A stretch of DNA of 63,784 nt, counting the filler, from Circinaria calcarea (lineage: Eukaryota): NCBI GenBank assembly GCA_051942165.1. It is 37 parts of 37 records of this genome, joined end to end, with 100 filler letters (N's around TTAATTAATTAA, not from the genome) between each part and the next. Parts side by side here need not be neighbours in the genome. Positions count along the whole stretch, not along the records: positions 62,173 to 63,784 come from JAVECS010004448.1; 36 more parts are not named here. One strand, given 5' to 3'. Made by a program: the position numbers and the translations under genes. The notes under the pieces were generated by a model that was given only the letters and a program-made list of their open reading frames with translations, did not search any database and was not told the DNA's origin. Positions 62,174 through 63,784 of the stretch are shown piece by piece; positions within the stretch are counted from its first letter, which is position 1; every line of letters begins with the position of its first letter.

Positions 62174-62713
62174 AAAGCGCCGGCAAACTTCTTCACCGGT
62201 ATTTACTATGAGACCTACTCTTCCATCCCCGCCATCTATCAGCTGCAGAACATGATGCTCAACGCTACCCTCAATTCCAAAACTGGTGTCCAAGCAGACG
62301 TTACATCTTTCCAAGTACCCGGCTGTGCCCATATTTATACCTCCTACTCGACCAACACGTACAACCAGGCCCCGATTGACACTTTTCCGGATACACTCAA
62401 CGGCCAAGTCAATCTTTTGGAAAGTCTGTCATACGGTACGGATGCTGCCAGCCATAGGTACTTTGTGCAATACGGCCCAGTCCCTACTTATGGTTTGATC
62501 ATCCTATCCGCATCCAGGCAGGGTCCCGATTCCACAACGTACGGTCAGATCATCTCGGCTTTGAAAGGACTGGGAAATAGCAACATCACCGCCCAGGTGG
62601 CGGCTATCAAGCCCGTCGTCCAAAACACGGCAAGGAATTGGGCGACACCGGTGGTATGTGATTCTGCCTGTGTATCGAACCAAAACTCCTACACAGGAAC
62701 ATGTGCCCCCTAA
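62174..62713 (+). CDS. Uncharacterised, probably secreted protein (possible calycin/lipocalin-like fold), C-terminal part
   Basis: Open from the contig start. GLIILS..QGPD..T..II.AL..LGN and a terminal CDSAC..N. The fold call is tentative. Confidence 0.55.
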   Translation, partial: KAPANFFTGIYYETYSSIPAIYQLQNMMLNATLNSKTGVQADVTSFQVPGCAHIYTSYSTNTYNQAPIDTFPDTLNGQVNLLESLSYGTDAASHRYFVQYGPVPTYGLIILSASRQGPDSTTYGQIISALKGLGNSNITAQVAAIKPVVQNTARNWATPVVCDSACVSNQNSYTGTCAP

Positions 62714-63784
62714 TTAGACGATGTTATTGAGAGGTCTTCGAATCGGCTGCCGTCTAGAAGGAATCCAAGGGAGGTTGGTGGTCGGACTAGGCGGTTGTGT
62801 ATGCCTTGTTGTTGCCTTTTTGACCTTTCTTTCATACGTCGAAACTTACGGTCAAGTTAATCCCCGAGTGTTGAAAATCCATCTCTTAGTAGAAAACCAA
62901 AGTTCTTTCTGGAGTACGATCCATCCTCGCAATAGCGGACTTTGAACCGTGCCATCATTTGTCCTGTGCGATAAATCAAACTTCCGCCTGATATTTAAAG
63001 CCTATGCCCATTGACGAATCAAACATTGGGGAGCTCTTCTGACCGTTTCCCTGCATGCGTTTCTGACGTTCTGTAGCAATGTACCATTCGGACAGACATC
63101 CTCGTGCGAGAGCTCATCTCTACACTGTAGTTCGCTCGATCGGGCAGACGATCCGGGATGCTTTTGGCCGTTTGTGTTTCCATTCATAGGCCGCTACCCC
63201 TTCAGTCCAAATCCCGGTTTTTCCACCCCGTTTGACAAGTTCAGCCGAAAAGGGCGCCTCGTAGGTTCTTTTGTAGGTTCTTTTGTAGGATGAATTTGAG
63301 AAAAAGATGGAAAAGCTAGTAAACGGGGGCGGGGCGGGGCGGCTAAGCAGAAGTCATAATTGGGATTGGAGAACAAGCCCCTCTTCTCACAGGAATCATA
63401 AAAGGGCCCTGTTTTACAAGACTCTCGGTGTAGAGGTCGTGAGAACGTAGCGGAGTTAACCCTCATGGACTGATGATCGTCCAACCATTCCCCGCCTTCG
63501 AAAGCCACAGCCGCTAAGCCCCCGCCAGTTGCGCCCAGGGCCCCCACCCCCAAAAAAAAGGTCCTTATCGATAATGACGCGCATCCCCAACTCGGTGCCT
63601 TGCGTGCCTTGCTCACAAATCTAAACACCACCACCACCGTACCCATAAAAATCCCCAAATCTCATCCGTGCGCCAAACCCTCCATCAAAACCCCGTAGCG
63701 AAATCCAGCCTCAAATGGCAACATACGAAGGTCTCTCCCTCTCCCCATTTCCTCCTCCATTTTACCTCCCACCCCAACTAACAC

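Noticed and set aside
1..63784. Cross-contig gene clusters (e.g. HET-like next to GH3, cyclase next to TauD)
   Set aside because: Neighbours across linkers are adjacent only because their contig lengths are similar.

Overview
This window is not one locus. It is 37 unrelated short contigs (about 1.64 kb falling to 1.61 kb, sorted by length) joined by an artificial 100-nt linker (N44-TTAATTAATTAA-N44), so gene order across linkers means nothing. The DNA comes from a filamentous ascomycete (Pezizomycotina; a lichen-forming fungus is possible but is only an inference), judged from short GT..CTRAC..YAG introns and RIP-type mutation of repeats. Recognisable, mostly partial genes: APC amino-acid permease, FYV10, xylulokinase, S-formylglutathione hydrolase, a HET-like membrane protein, GH3 beta-glucosidase, a PHD/Cys-His protein beside a Clr2-like gene, GCN2, choline kinase, an RBR E3 ligase, mtfA, MFS transporters, ROT1, PHO84, a cyclase-family gene missed by the ORF track, a TauD dioxygenase, NHP6, PAT1, HIS4, DJ-1/PfpI, HBS1, UPRT, FEX, MED16, an ankyrin protein, a histidine phosphatase and a BTB protein. 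Non-genic structure includes a 220-bp LTR on two contigs, a second LTR-like family with 3 x 44-bp hairpin units, two inverted-repeat elements, hierarchical minisatellites and a clear RIP-mutated repeat copy. The best leads are a secreted 6-Cys prepro-peptide, an ATG-less four-exon open frame with a phased ~20-bp motif array upstream, and the membrane-anchored HET-like protein. I found no tRNA, rRNA or CRISPR array, and no complete novel multi-gene system can be shown from such short fragments.
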